Positions 33,607 to 46,959 are shown, numbered from the stretch's first letter. The stretch: DNA of 64,000 nucleotides from Camelus dromedarius (GCF_036321535.1 NC_087438.1:870001-934000); one strand, 5' to 3'. The notes: generated from the sequence alone by a model not told the origin. Made by a program: numbers and translations.

Positions 33607-36600
33607 GAGCCACTGGGTACACCGGGCCTTCCTTCCCCGTGTCTGGGGGCTGCCGCCTGCTTGCCAAGTTGCTGTGCAGACCTCCCTGGCTTCCCAGCGT
33701 CCCACCGCCCTCGCCCGCCCTCTGATCCCGGGGCCGCCTTTCACACCCACCCAGGCACTCAGAGAAGCCACAGCCCTGCCCTGCCCCCGCTGTGCGGAGG
33801 GCCCCTCAGTCAGAGCGGTCCCCACTGCAGGGGCCAAGCTCGACGCTCTGTGGGGGTGGCTCGGGCCCCTGGGGGGCGGGCTCTATGGAAACAGCCTCCT
33901 CCCGTGGACAAAGCCACAGGCACTGGGAGAACCCCAACGTGGCAATGCCTGCAGGCCACGGAAGCCAACACCCAGCGCAGACACCCAGACGGGGCCCTGC
34001 ATCCGGTCTGCTGGACGCCCACTGGACCCCGAGACCCCGCTGCAGCCCCCCGAGGCCGGTCTGCAGCCTCGCCCCTGCCCCCACGTCTGTGAGGGCTCAG
34101 GGGCTGGTGGCCGTGCACAGCCAGGACCCTGTGCGGGAGCTTTGCTCTCAGGTCACATTTCACAGGTGTGAGGGGGTCAAGGCAGGGACAGGCCTCTGTG
34201 CCCTCGGGCCGAGTGTCTGCTTTACCGGAATGAGGTTTTGGCGGAAAGCAGCCCTGCCCGTTGTTCACGTATCGGCTGTAGCCGTGGTCCTGCAGCGTCG
34301 GGCTGATGTGGCAGAGAGAGACGGCGTGGCCGAGAGCTTCACTTCTACAGCACCCAGCCCTGCGCAGAAGGGGTCGTGGGCCTTGGCCGGGACCACTAGG
34401 GACAAGCAAGGTGCTGGCAGGCAGCCGGTGGCTGACCCCCTCCAGAGACCACTGGAGGGAGGGCACCAGGGCCCTTGAGCCATCGGGTCAGCTTCCAGGT
34501 GAGAGCGGGTGCGGGCGGGCGCAGGCTGGCCGGGGCCTGGGGGCGCATCACCGGGACACTTGGGAAGCCCTCAGGTGCAGCAGCTTTGTGACACCCAGGC
34601 CAGCACGCATCCATGAAGCCACATCCAGCTGTCGAAGCTGGGCCCTCGGCACCTGCAGGAACATGCTGAGCTGTCAGGGGGAAGGTTTCTGGCCCCTGGG
34701 ACCCTCAGATTGGGAGGCGGTGTGATGCTCTCTGCTGGGGAGATGAGGTCATTTCTGGACGAAGTCCCCAGAATCGCTGCGTTTGTAGCTCCTTCCTGGG
34801 CGGAAGCCCGTTTTAAGCCCACGCTCTCCTTGAGGGGCGCCGGGGTCCGGTTGGGGAAGGTCCCTGGGCCCCGGGCCCCTGGCGTGTGTCCTTTCAGCTC
34901 CAGAGGTTCTGTGAGGCTGCAGGGGGAGGGGGTATCCTGCCACTCCCCCCACGCCAAGCGTCTGTGCTGCAGCGGCAAGTTCTTCACAGGGTCGGCTGGC
35001 TCGGCACCAGCAGCTGGAGCCACGCGCTGCTGAGCAGGGCCAGGGCTGGGCACGCCCTTGCAGTGTGGGCCGGGCGCAGGGCCCTCCCCTAGGTCCTTCC
35101 CTCGGGGCGAGGGCGTGCGCCTTCACCTGCTCTGCTGGGAGGGCGGCGCCCCAGGGCTCCACACCCAAGGGCCCTTAGTGACCCCTGCCCTGCCTGATGG
35201 ACAATCCCGTCTGAGACTCTGGGCGCCAGGGTGGGGCTGCATGTGAGGGGGGCTTTGGATGAACAGGGCGGATCCGAGCAGAGGAGGGGAGGCCGCGTGC
35301 TGAGCTGCAGGCAGGGGCCTTGCGGGTGGTGGGGGCTGAGGCAGCGGCCAGGCCCCTGAGGGGGCAGCACAGACTGGCCTGTGGCGCCCACGGCTGAGGC
35401 CCCTCCGTCCAGCAGAGGACGCTTCTCCCCAGCAGTGAACACTGAGGAAAATCTGGGCCACGAATCTCTCTGTCTGTGGGCTCTTCAGCTCCCGGCTTGT
35501 CTGACAGGACGGTTTCCCTGGGTCCTAGGCATCTATCTGAGGCTTCTTCCCTCCTGCTTCAGGCACCAGGCTTGACCTGCAGGTCCCAGCGCAGCGTCCA
35601 GGACACAGGTCCACAAGGACACCTGCGTCCACGGCTGGAGCGCACAGCCCCTGCTGTCCCCCTGGGGCCGGACAAATGGCCAGGATTGCCCTGAGTGACC
35701 CCGGCCGCATCGGAGCATTGAGCTGGGTCTCCCCCCATGGAGACCAGTGCCCTGGCCAAGAGGTGGACACCTTCTCCCAGGTGCCCTCCCGACTCTCCCA
35801 TCCATCCAGGCCCCTTGGAGCAGGGGAAGCACTGAGCTCAGACTCCAGCTGTCACCTCCCTCCCTCCTTGGGAGGCGGGACCCCTGGGAGTGAGTCTAAG
35901 CATTTCAGTTCTTTGTGCAGGGTCACAAGTCACAGGTCACCGGTCACAGGGAATGTCATCACACCTACTCTGTCCCTGGGGCACTGACTCAGTCTTGTTC
36001 CCAACACCCAGGGGGGCAGGTCTGAGGACCCAGCCGGTTCTCTGCCCTCCGGCTTTCTGGAAAGCCCCTGCTTCCTGGGGGTGGGGCTTCCCTCGGCCAC
36101 TTCTGCTCCAACGGAACAGGGAAGTGGAGGTGGGCTGCCCAGAGCAGACCCAGCTCCTCCCCCTGCCTCTGCCAAGCCAGGCGCGGCCGAGCGGTGACCC
36201 CTCTGTGCTCAAAGCCTGCCCGCGGGCCACCCCTCAAAGCTCAGGTCGACAGTTCTACTGCCCCAGAAGGTGAATAGGAAATTGAAATTCTGTTCATCAA
36301 GGTCTGGAGAAGTGACTTCTGAGGCAAGACTGATTTTTCTGAAAGGCTACAGTTTGGAAAACTCTGGTACACCTGACCGTGTGAGCATTTTCGATTACAG
36401 CCTTTCACGTCTGCATGCGATACACCAGTGGGTGCCGCACTTTCACTGTCATTTTAAGTGGGACTTTATGTGAAATAACATTCATGTTTTATAGCAAGAT
36501 GATAAAAATTTAAACATGAAAACTTTTCTCTGCCCTTCGGCCCCCCCTCCCCACCGCGCGGGTCTGCGTCTGACGGGGCCACGCGGCAGAAGCGCCGGCT

Positions 36601-37973
36601 CAGCCGCAGAGCGAGTCTCCCGGCGTCAGCAAGGCGGCTCCTGGAAGGCAGTGCTGCGTCCTGACCCCGTGAGGGGCCACGATGGCGCTCAGCGCTGGTT
36701 TGTGTGAACCGTCAGAAACGCGTCATTTAACGCACAGCCCTGCGTCTCAAAAAACCTGTGTAACTGCTTTGACTGCTACCAGGGGGAACGCGTCTCTGCT
36801 TTCTGAGATGCCATCTTGGCTTATAATCCTCAGTTTGGCTCAAATAAAATTTTCCATTTCTTTCTTAGACGGACTGGTTAATTTCTGTCACCATGTGTAA
36901 GGTCATAATAATAACAGCAATGCCACAACAGACAGTGCCGCGTCTGCAAGGCGCCGCGCAGATCGCCCTGCCGGGCCCCGGTGGGCAGTGCCAGGTGGGG
37001 AGTGCCACCTGCCCACAGGTGAGGGAGGCTGACTCGCAGGAGAGGCCCTCACGAGGGCTGGGAACTCAGCTGGAGCCGGCGTGAAGGGGCACAGCCTTGT
37101 GCCCAGCGGTGGCTGTGGCCAGCCGGTCCCCTGGTCTTCTGCTTTGTTTCTTTCAGAAACACTCCTTGAGCCAACTTTCCCCATAAGGTGAATCATAAAG
37201 TCAAAGTGGGGCTTGGACTATCTAAGCCTTTGAAGAAGCACCCAAGAGGAGGACAGAAAGTGGCAAGTTTGACCTTAATTCCCCTAAAATACGCAGATGG
37301 CAAAGATAAGATATTGAGACAATCTCTAGCGAGTTAAGGTTAAACATGTGGTGGAAGAATGAAGATTCTCCAGAAAGCAGTCATGCCTGGAACCGACCTC
37401 AGAAGGCCTGTCGCCTTCCTTCAGGAAGGAAGGGGTCTCCTCAGCAGGCGGGACAGCCCTGCCGCAGCAGGTGTCCCCAGAGTAGCCCTGTTCAGGCCTC
37501 CCTGTGTTTCCCTCTGGATTTTGCTGCAGTGGCGGTGTGACTCTGCAGGTGGAATGCAGGCACGGCTTTCCCCAGCAGTCACAGGCCGGACGTGTCTCCA
37601 CTCTGCTGCCCACCCGGGTGAGGCGGGGCAGTGTGTGGACTCATGGCACCGTCACCACCTGTCTTTGGGACAGCTGGTAACACACTGTCTGCCCGGCTCC
37701 ACATCCCCGGTCTCTCCCTGGCAGGGCCATGCTCGCCAGAGTGAGATTTTTATCTTCAAAAGGCCCCTTGGGGTTCACAGTCAGGTGGCAACTACATAAT
37801 GCCAGTGGGACACGAGGTGCTGGGCTGGCTCCCACAGGCGTGCTTCTGCCTGCCACACGGCTCCTGGAAGGTGTCTGCTCCAGGTCCTGCCCGGTGGCCC
37901 ACTGCTCACCTTTGTCCCCCATCCCAGGTGCAGGATGGTCCAGCCGGAGAGAGGGATAAAGACCAGGCTGCTG

Positions 37974-38531
37974 CAGCCGGTCCTTGTCGACCTGGTTCTG
38001 TGCTTCTGAATCCACTCACTCGCTGAAGACTGTCTGTGACTCCGGTCGTCAGGGGACGAGCCAGTGTGGTCCTGCCACATGTGGTCCCCACCGAGGTCTG
38101 AGCAGGGACACTGCCTTCTTGTCTCAGCTCCACTCTGACACGTGGTGGCCTTCTTGAGGTCTGGAAGAGCCACACCTTTTTGCATTTTTGTGCTTTTTGG
38201 GTGATTTCGCTGCTTAAAATGCCCCCGAGCCCGGTGTGGAAGGGCTGCCTTGCGCCTGAAGCTGAGGGAGGAGGGTCTGGGCCTTCGTTGGGCCTGAGTT
38301 CTGTGCTTTGGCTGACGGTTCCATGTCGTGGCACCAACAGCACACGTTCAGTAGGGTGTCCCTCAGCAGACGCACACGTAGCACGTGGCTAGGTGTTGAT
38401 CGGTTGAGGGAAAAGTAACCAGAGGCCCCAGGAAGCCAGCCCCAGGTCCACCAGGAGCAGAGGCTCAGGTCTCGCTAACTCAGGGTTTGGGCATCTCTGT
38501 AGACAGAGCTCCCTGTGTTGAGAATCAGCTG
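37974..38531. mobile_element. TcMar-Tigger non-autonomous DNA transposon (MER82-like)
   Basis: Internal 'tttttgcatttttgtgctttttgggtgatttcgctgcttaaaatgcccccga', 'ttgatcggttga' and 'accagaggccccaggaagccagccc'; decayed termini cagccgg... and ...gagaatcagctg. Confidence 0.75.
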
Positions 38532-39175
38532 TGCTTTACTGTGATCTGTAAAAACGGAACAATGTTTCCTTCAACAGTAGAACCACCGGGCGGTGAAGTT
38601 GAGTATTGGTTTCTGAAGAAGAGAAAACACAGGTCTTACGTAGCTGGCTGCTCCAGGGTCTGAGCTTTCTCCGTGAAGTGTCAGAGCCCCTGATGTTGCC
38701 AGCAGGCCACCCCCACAGGGACCTGGCTCAGAGCCATCTGCACTCCCCAAACTCTGCTTTTCCAGGACACGTTCACGGCTGTTCTTCCTGACAGCCCCGG
38801 GAAGTGGGTCATCTGATTCTGACCAACACACTCAGCATTGCCAAACCAGGGAGGGAGATGGTGGGATGGCAGATGGTGGTCCATGCTGGAGAAGCCTGGC
38901 CCTGCCCGGGTAGGGAGGGGCCAACAGGAGCCCGGAAGTAGAGGTCCCCAAATCAGTCCCCCCGGAAGCCCCACATCAGGTTGGAGCTGGAGGGGAGGCA
39001 CCGTGCAACAGAAGAAGCTGGCCCTGGGGCCGTCTGGGGCCTCAGACGCTCGGGGTGGGTCCATCCCCGCAGGGTTCCGCAGTGGCCCCTGGAGGCACCT
39101 CCAGCCTCTTCTCCTGCCCGCCCGACAGCATTTCTCCAGACAGAAGCCAGAACTACTTGTGACAATGCCACTCAG

Positions 39176-39340
39176 TGTGATGGTTAATTTTATGGGTCAA
39201 CCTAACTGGATCACAGAGTGGCCAGATATGTGACCAAACATGATTCTGGGCATGTCTGGGTGAGATTAGCCTTTGGTTCCTTGGACTCCGTAAAGCAGAG
39301 GATCGGTGTGGTGGGCCTCTTCTAATCAGCTGACGGCTGC
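39176..39340 (+). mobile_element. ERVL MLT2 LTR, 5' fragment
   Basis: Begins 'tgtgatggttaattttatgggtcaacctaactgg', the diagnostic MLT2 start. Confidence 0.8.
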
Positions 39341-39590
39341 ACCTGGCACACCCACCTGGCACAGGGCCACTTTCTTCCTCTTTCTTGCTGACCAAGATGT
39401 TTATTCTGGGATGGCAGGGACACGGTCTGTATGGAGAATAGTGCCCGGCTCGGAGTAAGAGAAGCCACATTTGCTGAATGAGTTTATAGGAGGCAATGAA
39501 TGAGGCAGACGTGCCAGCTGTGTATGACTGATAATTGTTATGAGGGACACTAAAGCTTTACGCTGGGACATGACTGGGGACCTGCGTTTT

Positions 39591-39740
39591 TTAAATTTTA
39601 TTAAAAATTTTGGGTTTTTTGGGAGGGAATTAGGGTATTTCATTTATTTATTTGTTTATTTTAATGGAGGTGGTGGGGATTGGACCCTGGACCTCGTGCC
39701 TGCTAAGCACACATTTTACCACTGAGCTACATCCTCCTCC
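39591..39740 (-). mobile_element. Camelid tRNA-derived SINE (Vic-1 type)
   Basis: Reverse complement reads ggaggaggatgtagctcagtggtaaaatgtgtgcttagcaggcacgaggtccagggtccaatccccaccacctccattaaaataaacaaataaataaa..., with A/B-box-like motifs and an A-rich tail. TSD tggggacctgcgtttt (39575-39590) / ttgggacctggtttt (39741-39755). Confidence 0.85.
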
Positions 39741-39859
39741 TTGGGACCTGGTTTTAACAATTGAAGAGTCTGAATTAGAGATTCTCTTTAAAGAAACACA
39801 GGCTGATTTCAACACATTAAAGAACAAATGGCAAAAGAAATCAGTAACTATGTGCCTCC

Positions 39860-40435
39860 AGGAAGAACTCCTGCCTGTAGGTGAATAGATAAATGATCTG
39901 TGATCCATCCAGACAACGGAATATTATTCAGCGCTTAAAAGAAATGTGTTATCAAGCCATGAAAAGACATGGAGGGACCTTATATTCATGTTGCTAGGTG
40001 AAGAAAGCTGATCTGAAAAGGCTGCATGCTGTGTGATTCCAGTGATAAGACAGTTTGGAGAAGGCAAGACTGTGGAGACAGTGAAAAGAGCAGTGGTTGC
40101 TGGGGCTCCGGGGTGGGGGGATGAAGAGGGAGCACAGGGCGTTTCAGGGCAGTGAAACCACTGTGTGTGATATGGTAGCAATGGGTACAGATCATTAGAC
40201 ACTTGTCTAAACCCACAGAATAAACAAACCAAGAGTGACTGCAGTGTGAACTGTGGAACTTAGTTAATCCCAGTGTATTAGCATTGGCTCCTCAAGCATA
40301 ACAGACGTACCACGTTAATGGAAGATGCTAATAATAAAAAAAACCGCAGGGTGTGGGGCATGAGAATTCTCTGTGCTTTCTGTTCAATTTTTCTGTAAAC
40401 TTAAAAGTGTTGTAAAAGATGAAGTCTATGAGTTA
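39860..40435 (+). mobile_element. L1MC-like 3' end
   Basis: 'atcaagccatgaaaagacatggagggacctta...tctgaaaaggctgcatgctgtgtgattcc...tttttctgtaaacttaaaagtgttgtaaaagatgaagtcta'. Confidence 0.85.
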
Positions 40436-40439
40436 TTTA

Positions 40440-41470
40440 AAAATCTGTTGTATTTCTATATATTAGCAATAATACTTAGAAAAGAGTTTTTAAAGGTTTA
40501 GAGCTGCACTAAAACCCCCAGATAATCAAGAAAAAATCTAATCAAATATGCTCACAATCTTTTACAAAAATCTGTACAACATTATTCAGAAAAAAATTTA
40601 AAGCTTAAAGAATAGGGAGATATACCATGTTCATGGATTGGATGTATCATATTTAAAGCTGTTAATTCTGTCCAAGATGATTTATGGATTCACTACAATC
40701 CAGATCAAAATCTCAGCAGATTGTGTGTATACGTGGACATTGAGAAAACATTTCTAAAAAATACATTGAAATACAAACAGTCAGTAATAGCCATAGTCTT
40801 GAAGAAGAACAAAATTGGAGAATTATCACTGCTGGAGAGGGGACTAATTTTAAAGTTACAGTAAGTAGCAAAATGTGGGAGCCTTGAAAGAAAAGCAGAC
40901 CAACAGGACACATAGGGCCTCCAGAAAAAACACACAGAGACATTGCACTTACACCGAAATCAAGAATTTCTGCTCCACACTAGGATGGCTACAATGGAGA
41001 CAGAGAGACACTGAGTGAAGGCACTGGTGTGGAGCAACTGGAGCTGGTGGTTGGAGCGCGCCGTGACTTGCAGGCTCAGCTCCTAGGCACAAACCTGGCA
41101 CAACAATGGGCACGAACGCTCACCAGAACGCTTACAGCCCCAACCTGGACACAGTTCCAGTGTCTGTTGGTAACGCAGTGGATGGATAAACGGGGGCCAG
41201 TTAGCACAGCAGAGTCCAATGAGCGAGGACAATAAACAAACCACAAACGCATCCAACTCAGCCGCAGCTCAGGAGCTCCGTGTCGGAGGCCAGGCAGGAG
41301 CCTGTGTCCTGTTTGCTGCCAAGAGCAAGTCCAAAACTGGGCAAAGCGCCCAGTGGTGTCGGGGTGGGGACAGGGTCTCTGATGGGGCTGGGCGACGGCT
41401 GGTCGGTGGGGCTGTGGGCGTGCCGGCTTTGGTCTGCGTTCTGGTTATACTGACCTGGCCACCGAATGCA
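40440..41470 (+). mobile_element. Old L1M (L1ME-like) ORF2/3' remnant
   Basis: 'aaatctgttgtatttctatatattagcaat', 'ggagatataccatgttcatggattgga', 'tcttgaagaagaacaaaattggaga' and 'gtgtggagcaactggagct'. Confidence 0.8.
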
Positions 41471-43334
41471 TGAAATTACGTACTATTTGACAGTCACACA
41501 TTGCAAAACTTTTCTTGAAAACATGACAATGCTATAAATACAGTTCCACTTAAATGCACCCTTATCACCTAAGCAAGCATTTCGCAACCAACCGTCACTT
41601 TAAATCTCTGTGCTTTCAAAGGGCTCTCAGTGAAAGTAAACCTGTTTCAATTGATTGCCTTATTTGCTGAGCTCTGAATCAATGTTTTCTCTTGGCTCGG
41701 ACATGCTCCCCACGTGTCGAGGGCAGACGGGTTGATGAGGCTGTGGCCGGCAAACACCTTCTTCCACACAACCCGTGGGACAGTGTGAGTCCACCCCGTG
41801 GCCCCTCCGGCCCCCATGGGGAGCATGGAGGGCACAGGGCAGAGGTTCAGCCCTGCAGCACCCGGACCAGGGTGGCCTCTGGGAGTTTTGGCAGCTACAC
41901 CCTCATTTTCTTCAGAATGCAAATCACCCAGAGTTCCTGAAAAACAGCAGTTGAATCTCCTTACTTGGAAGCATTCCTCTCCTTCCCCGAGCCCCGTGCC
42001 CCCACGCAGACTTGGCTGTGACTTGGGTTTGCAGCTGCCCCAGACTGAAGAGCATCCCCAGCTGGTCCCCTGTTGACCCCAAGCGGGGCACTGCTTCAGA
42101 GACAGCAGCCCACACACCAGTGGCCCTTCAAAATGAAGCCCACCCAATGCCCATCACCCCCTGCCCACCACGGCCAACCGCGGGCCTCGCCCGGATGGGC
42201 ATGCCGCCTGGTCACGGCTCCCGTCCGGCCAGCGCCGTCGCCTAGTTAACCACGGCCCTTTGGACCGAGGTTGCCTGGCTGTGCCCTGAGGGGCTCCTCG
42301 CAGATGGCTCAACGTGGGACACGACGTGGAAACCAGAGGAAAGCGTGTGGGGGTGGCGCCTGCAGGCTGGTGGGCGGCATCTCCGTTTAAAACCTTAATT
42401 CAAAGTGCTGACAAGTCTTGTCTCCCATGGGCGGTGAGGGCCGAGCCTGCAGTGGGGAGTCTGCCTCAGCCTCAGTGGCCAGGGAGCCGAAAGGAGCAGG
42501 GATGTAAAAACAAAACCACAGTGGCTCGTGGTTGGGCAGGGATGCACCCCCTTTGTTCTGTGTCTCTGCTGTCCCCACTCTGCGGGTCCACTTGGGCTTC
42601 TACTCCAGCCCTCATGTCCCTCCGGAGCCAGCCCATGGGAAGGAAGGGTGTCCCCCCACCACTGGCTGGGGGCACACAGCCTGCCCTCCACTCATGAGCC
42701 GTGGCCCCGCCACACAGCCATGCAGTTGCAGGGAAGCTGGGAAATAAACCTCTCCTGGAAGCAGTGTCCCAGCTCAGAGTCCAGGACTCTCTTACAGGGA
42801 GCAAGGAGGGATGCACTTTGCTGGACACCTGGGCTCTATCACAGACCCTTTCCTTCATCCCCAGAGAAAAGACCTGGTGGTGGCAGGTCAGCTCCCCAAA
42901 CGCTCTCCTTCGCCAGCCGCTTGCCTGCTGCGGGCTGGGCCCGCAGCCAGCACCCTGCATCTCTACGCCCCAGGCTTTTGCTCCCTCCACTGAGGGGAGC
43001 TGTGCCACCCACCCCACAGCCCTAGTCTGTGACCTGTGGTGTCGTTTGAGGACTGGGCTCTGCCTGTATGTGGCCAGGGAGCCCCACCTGGGCCTCCCAT
43101 CATGAAGGTTCCAGGCATCAGGCCCCTCAGCCCACCACACACGCTGAGAGTCCAGTGTGGAGCAGAGTCCGTTCCAGGGAGGGCGGTCAGGTCACGGGTG
43201 GCTCCCCGGGTCCGGTGGCCCGTGCAGGACGCCCGTCCAGGCTGCTCTCAGGCCTGCACCTTGTCTGCCTCCCCTTGGTGCCCACTTCCTGAACATTGCT
43301 CTCCAGCCTCCCATCAGACAATCCGGTGTCCTCC

Positions 43335-43725
43335 CCGTGGCTTTGGGGCAGATCCTGGTCCCCTGCACCTGTGAATGTGACCTTCCAGAAGGAGAAATAT
43401 GGTTCAGCAGATGTGATCAAGTTAAAGATCCTGGTTGAGGAGATTATCCTGGATGAAGGGGTTGGCCTACAGGCGTCCCCGGTGTCCCGGGGAGAGAGGC
43501 AGAGGGGATTAGAGACGCACTGGGTGGGGGGCGGGGGCACGTGAAGATGGAGGCCGGGACTGGAGCGACGGGCCACCAGCAGGAAGAGGCAGGAGTGTCT
43601 TTCCCAGGCCTCTGGAGGGAGGGGACCGCCACGTCGGACTTCGGCCTCCAGATCTGGGGGGTGACATGTTTCTGTTGTTCGGAGACAGCAGGTGTGGCGA
43701 CTTGCTGTGGCCACCCCCGGACACT
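43335..43725 (+). mobile_element. MaLR MLT1 (C/D-like) LTR
   Basis: 'cacctgtgaatgtgaccttc...gcagatgtgatcaagttaaagatc...gagattatcctggat...cacgtgaagatggaggc...cggacttcggcctccaga'. Confidence 0.8.
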
Positions 43726-46700
43726 CAGACCCTCCTCCTGCGGGGAGCCTGCCAGCCCCAGGAAGGTGACCACTCAGGACAGCCAGCGGCCCCCCCAGGC
43801 AGGGTGAGCCCCACGGTCCTGTGCCCACTTAGCCTGGGGCCCTCACCTGCAGTGACACACGGGCGTGTGGGCAGCACTCTGGGGTCCTCAGAACCACACG
43901 CCAAATTCAGGAAGCTGTGGCCCGCCCCCCCACCCCCAACGCCCGCTGGCCAGGCCCGTCCCCGGGTCTCCTCTGACCCTCTGCTCTGGGCTCAGGAGCC
44001 CTGCCTCCCCGTGACCCACTGCGGTCTCACTTCCGTCCCTGTCCCTGTCCCTGTCCTCGATGTGAGCTCGGGCTGTGCCTGCCGCCTGCCCCTCGGGGTC
44101 CTGGCTCAGCCGGGGCACCTGGGCTGCTTCCCGAGCGCACTGATCTCAGGTGAGACGGCTGAGCAAGGCGCCCCCACTGCGAGCGGGGGGTCCACAGGGC
44201 AGCTTCTGTGGCTCCCCAGGCTGCTCATTTCCGTCACCGCCGACACCTACCTGACAGGTGTGGGAGGCCTTCTTCCCCCTCTGAGCTGTAGGGACGGCCT
44301 CGCTGGGCCCCGCCTGGACCCAGAGCAGGCTCATGACGCTTCTCACAACAGAAGACACCATGAATGCACTTGGGTTTCACTCAGCCGTGTCAGCCGTGTT
44401 AGACCCGGGGCTTTAACAGCCTGTCTTGGTGCTTGTGGGTTTTGGGTCTGGAATTCCAGGAGTTTCTGGGTTTCCCTGGAAGGGTCTTGGGTAGGGCCGG
44501 GTGTTGGCTGAGCTGCAAGATGGGGTGTCAGGATGTGGGGCAGCTGGCGGCTGGCCAGCCCCTCGCTCCCTCTGGGTGGTCTCAGGGCCTCCCAACGTGG
44601 CCTCCCCAAAGGCCATTTGCCTAGAGGGTGGCTGAGCTCACAGCCTGGGGTCCAGTCTCCCCGGCTCGAATGAACCCTCCTCATGCTGCCCAAAGGCCCA
44701 CATGATCCTGCCTCGGCGCCCCGGCCCTCGACTTCCAGGCACCGTGATGACGTTTACCAGGCTGTGTGTTCCAATCTCGTGTCGTGTGGATGCGCAGCTA
44801 CTCACAGAGCCCAGGCCTGCAGTCATATAGCGGCAGACACAGATGCCTACCTCGCCCCGGGAAACACCACCTGCGGGGGCAGAGCTCCTGCAACGCCATC
44901 ACCGAAGGTAGTCTGCCTGAGCTCAAACTCCACAAAACGGAACCACAGCTATGATCTGCATCCTCCTCGCGGGGGCACCTGTAATATCCCCGCCCCATAT
45001 TCAGGCCCCGAAATCCCCCCACACGGGTAGGGCTGACCCTTAAAGCCGGTGTGAACATGACCCTGCAGCCTCAGGTCGCTGTGACTGGGTGTCCCAGGCC
45101 CCTGCCCTGGCCACCATCCTGCACAGCTGTCCTGGCCCCAGCCACGTGGGCACCGTCCTACACAGGCATCCTGGCACAGCTGCCCTGGAACCTCAAATGC
45201 CCCAGTGGGCCTTCCGGGCAGGGGCAGGGGAGGAGGCTGAACGGTGAAGCAGCCATAGGGGTGGCGAGTTGGGGTTGGGATGGACTGAAGAGTCGCCAGG
45301 GTGGGGCCTGGGGGGAGGAGCTGGGAAGACAGGAGTGAGGCGGAGCGGGAAGGGGGGGGCGGCCGAGCACATGCCTGAGACCCCACCTCCTCGGTGCCCA
45401 GCAGAATAGGGTGTGGGGCTGGTGGGCCACAGTCCTAGGCCTCTCCGGGGACAGTGAGGAATCAGTTCTGGCCACGTGGCTTCTTCGTGAAGCTGTCTGG
45501 GGGGCAGGGACTGCAGGCTGGGCGGAGGACAGGGCAGAACCCCCCTCTCCCCAGTGCTGGGGCGTCCTTGACTCCTCGGGCAGCTGAGAGCTCTGTGTGA
45601 CTGCACAGCGCACGGTGGGCCGAGCAAAGTCAGGACCGTCTCAAAAGAAAGGAGGAGAAACATTGCCTTTTAGCAAGAACTGATACGGTAGCAAATCATT
45701 TTCTAAATTATCTGCCCATTTTCCCGGTCACTTGCACTCATTTAATCAATACATATATACAAAACCATGGGAAAAGTGCTACATAAACTGTTTACGAAGC
45801 ATTTAAGACGTCTGTGAAGTTCAACCGGCACTAAGTGTGGTCGGGGGGTGATCCACTGCCTGCGTTTCGTTGCGTGATCGCGGTCGGTCACTGAGACGGC
45901 CTACAGATTCTCTGTGTTGTATTCTCTGTACTTCTCCAGTGGGCATCTTTCTCTATAAACCTAGTGGGCTCTTCGGATTATCTCTAAAAAAGATCAGAAG
46001 AAAGAATAAGGAATTAGAGTGTGTAAACATTTGGGGCCTTTGAAGCAGAGGAAGTTTTACGAACGACAGTCTGCCACTGTAGTCAAGGGGGGTGACCGTG
46101 TCTCAGGAGACCCTTCACGGGACGTCCCAGCTGATGGCACGAACCCTGTGAGGGCCACGCAGGTGCCAACTCAGGGACAGTTCTTCATCGGCACGAGGGG
46201 ACGCTTCAGAGGCTGGACGGCTCTGACGGTTTTACGGGTGAGGAAAGCTCGGCTTGCCCTGTTGGTGGGCCCTCCGCCCAGTGCTCACCAGCCTGGGCTG
46301 GCAAGGGGGACCTGCCAGCCCCCAAAGGGTTCACGAAGCCTGGAGAGTTCGCCCAGGCAAGGGCTGAGGGTCTTTAATTAGGCTGGTGGCACACGGGGTC
46401 ACACACTGTGTCAAATACTGTGGACCCAAGTGGGCTCAAAAGGGGCTGGCCCCCACCTCCTCCAGAGAAGCGTTCTCTTCCTGTCTGGAGGGCGGGTTGG
46501 CCACAAGGTTGGCTCCTTTCTTAGGGCAAGGTCCACCCCACCCCCAGCTTTCCTCACTTCTGCCTGGGGCTCTAGTGTATGGATACCCCCAAACCCGGCT
46601 ACCCCACCATGGAGAGTGGGCCAGTCACATGTGACGCCAGCACGCCAGGCGCCAGATGCACCTAAACAGTCCCCAGGCTGGGGGCCCAAACATGCCTTCT

Positions 46701-46959
46701 CACGCCAGTGCGTAACAACCCGGGGCCTTGCTACTGACCTGACATCTGCGTGCCTGCAGCGGTCGGCATGCCGCGGTGAAGTGTCGGGAAGAGCCGCCTG
46801 CAGCCCTGAGCCTCCACACCCGCGACGTCGCTCCTGGTGATGCCGTGAGTGGGGACAAAGCCGAATCACGTCAGATGCCAGCTGCTGGACCTTCATGCTC
46901 GCATTTTCTCTGGAGGAGCACGACGTCGTCCTGGTCTCAAGTTTTCCTCCCAGATCATT

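Noticed and set aside
39660..39740. tRNA gene
   Set aside because: The tRNA-like head is diverged and followed by an A-rich tail and TSD, so it is a SINE. The same applies to 50667-50752.
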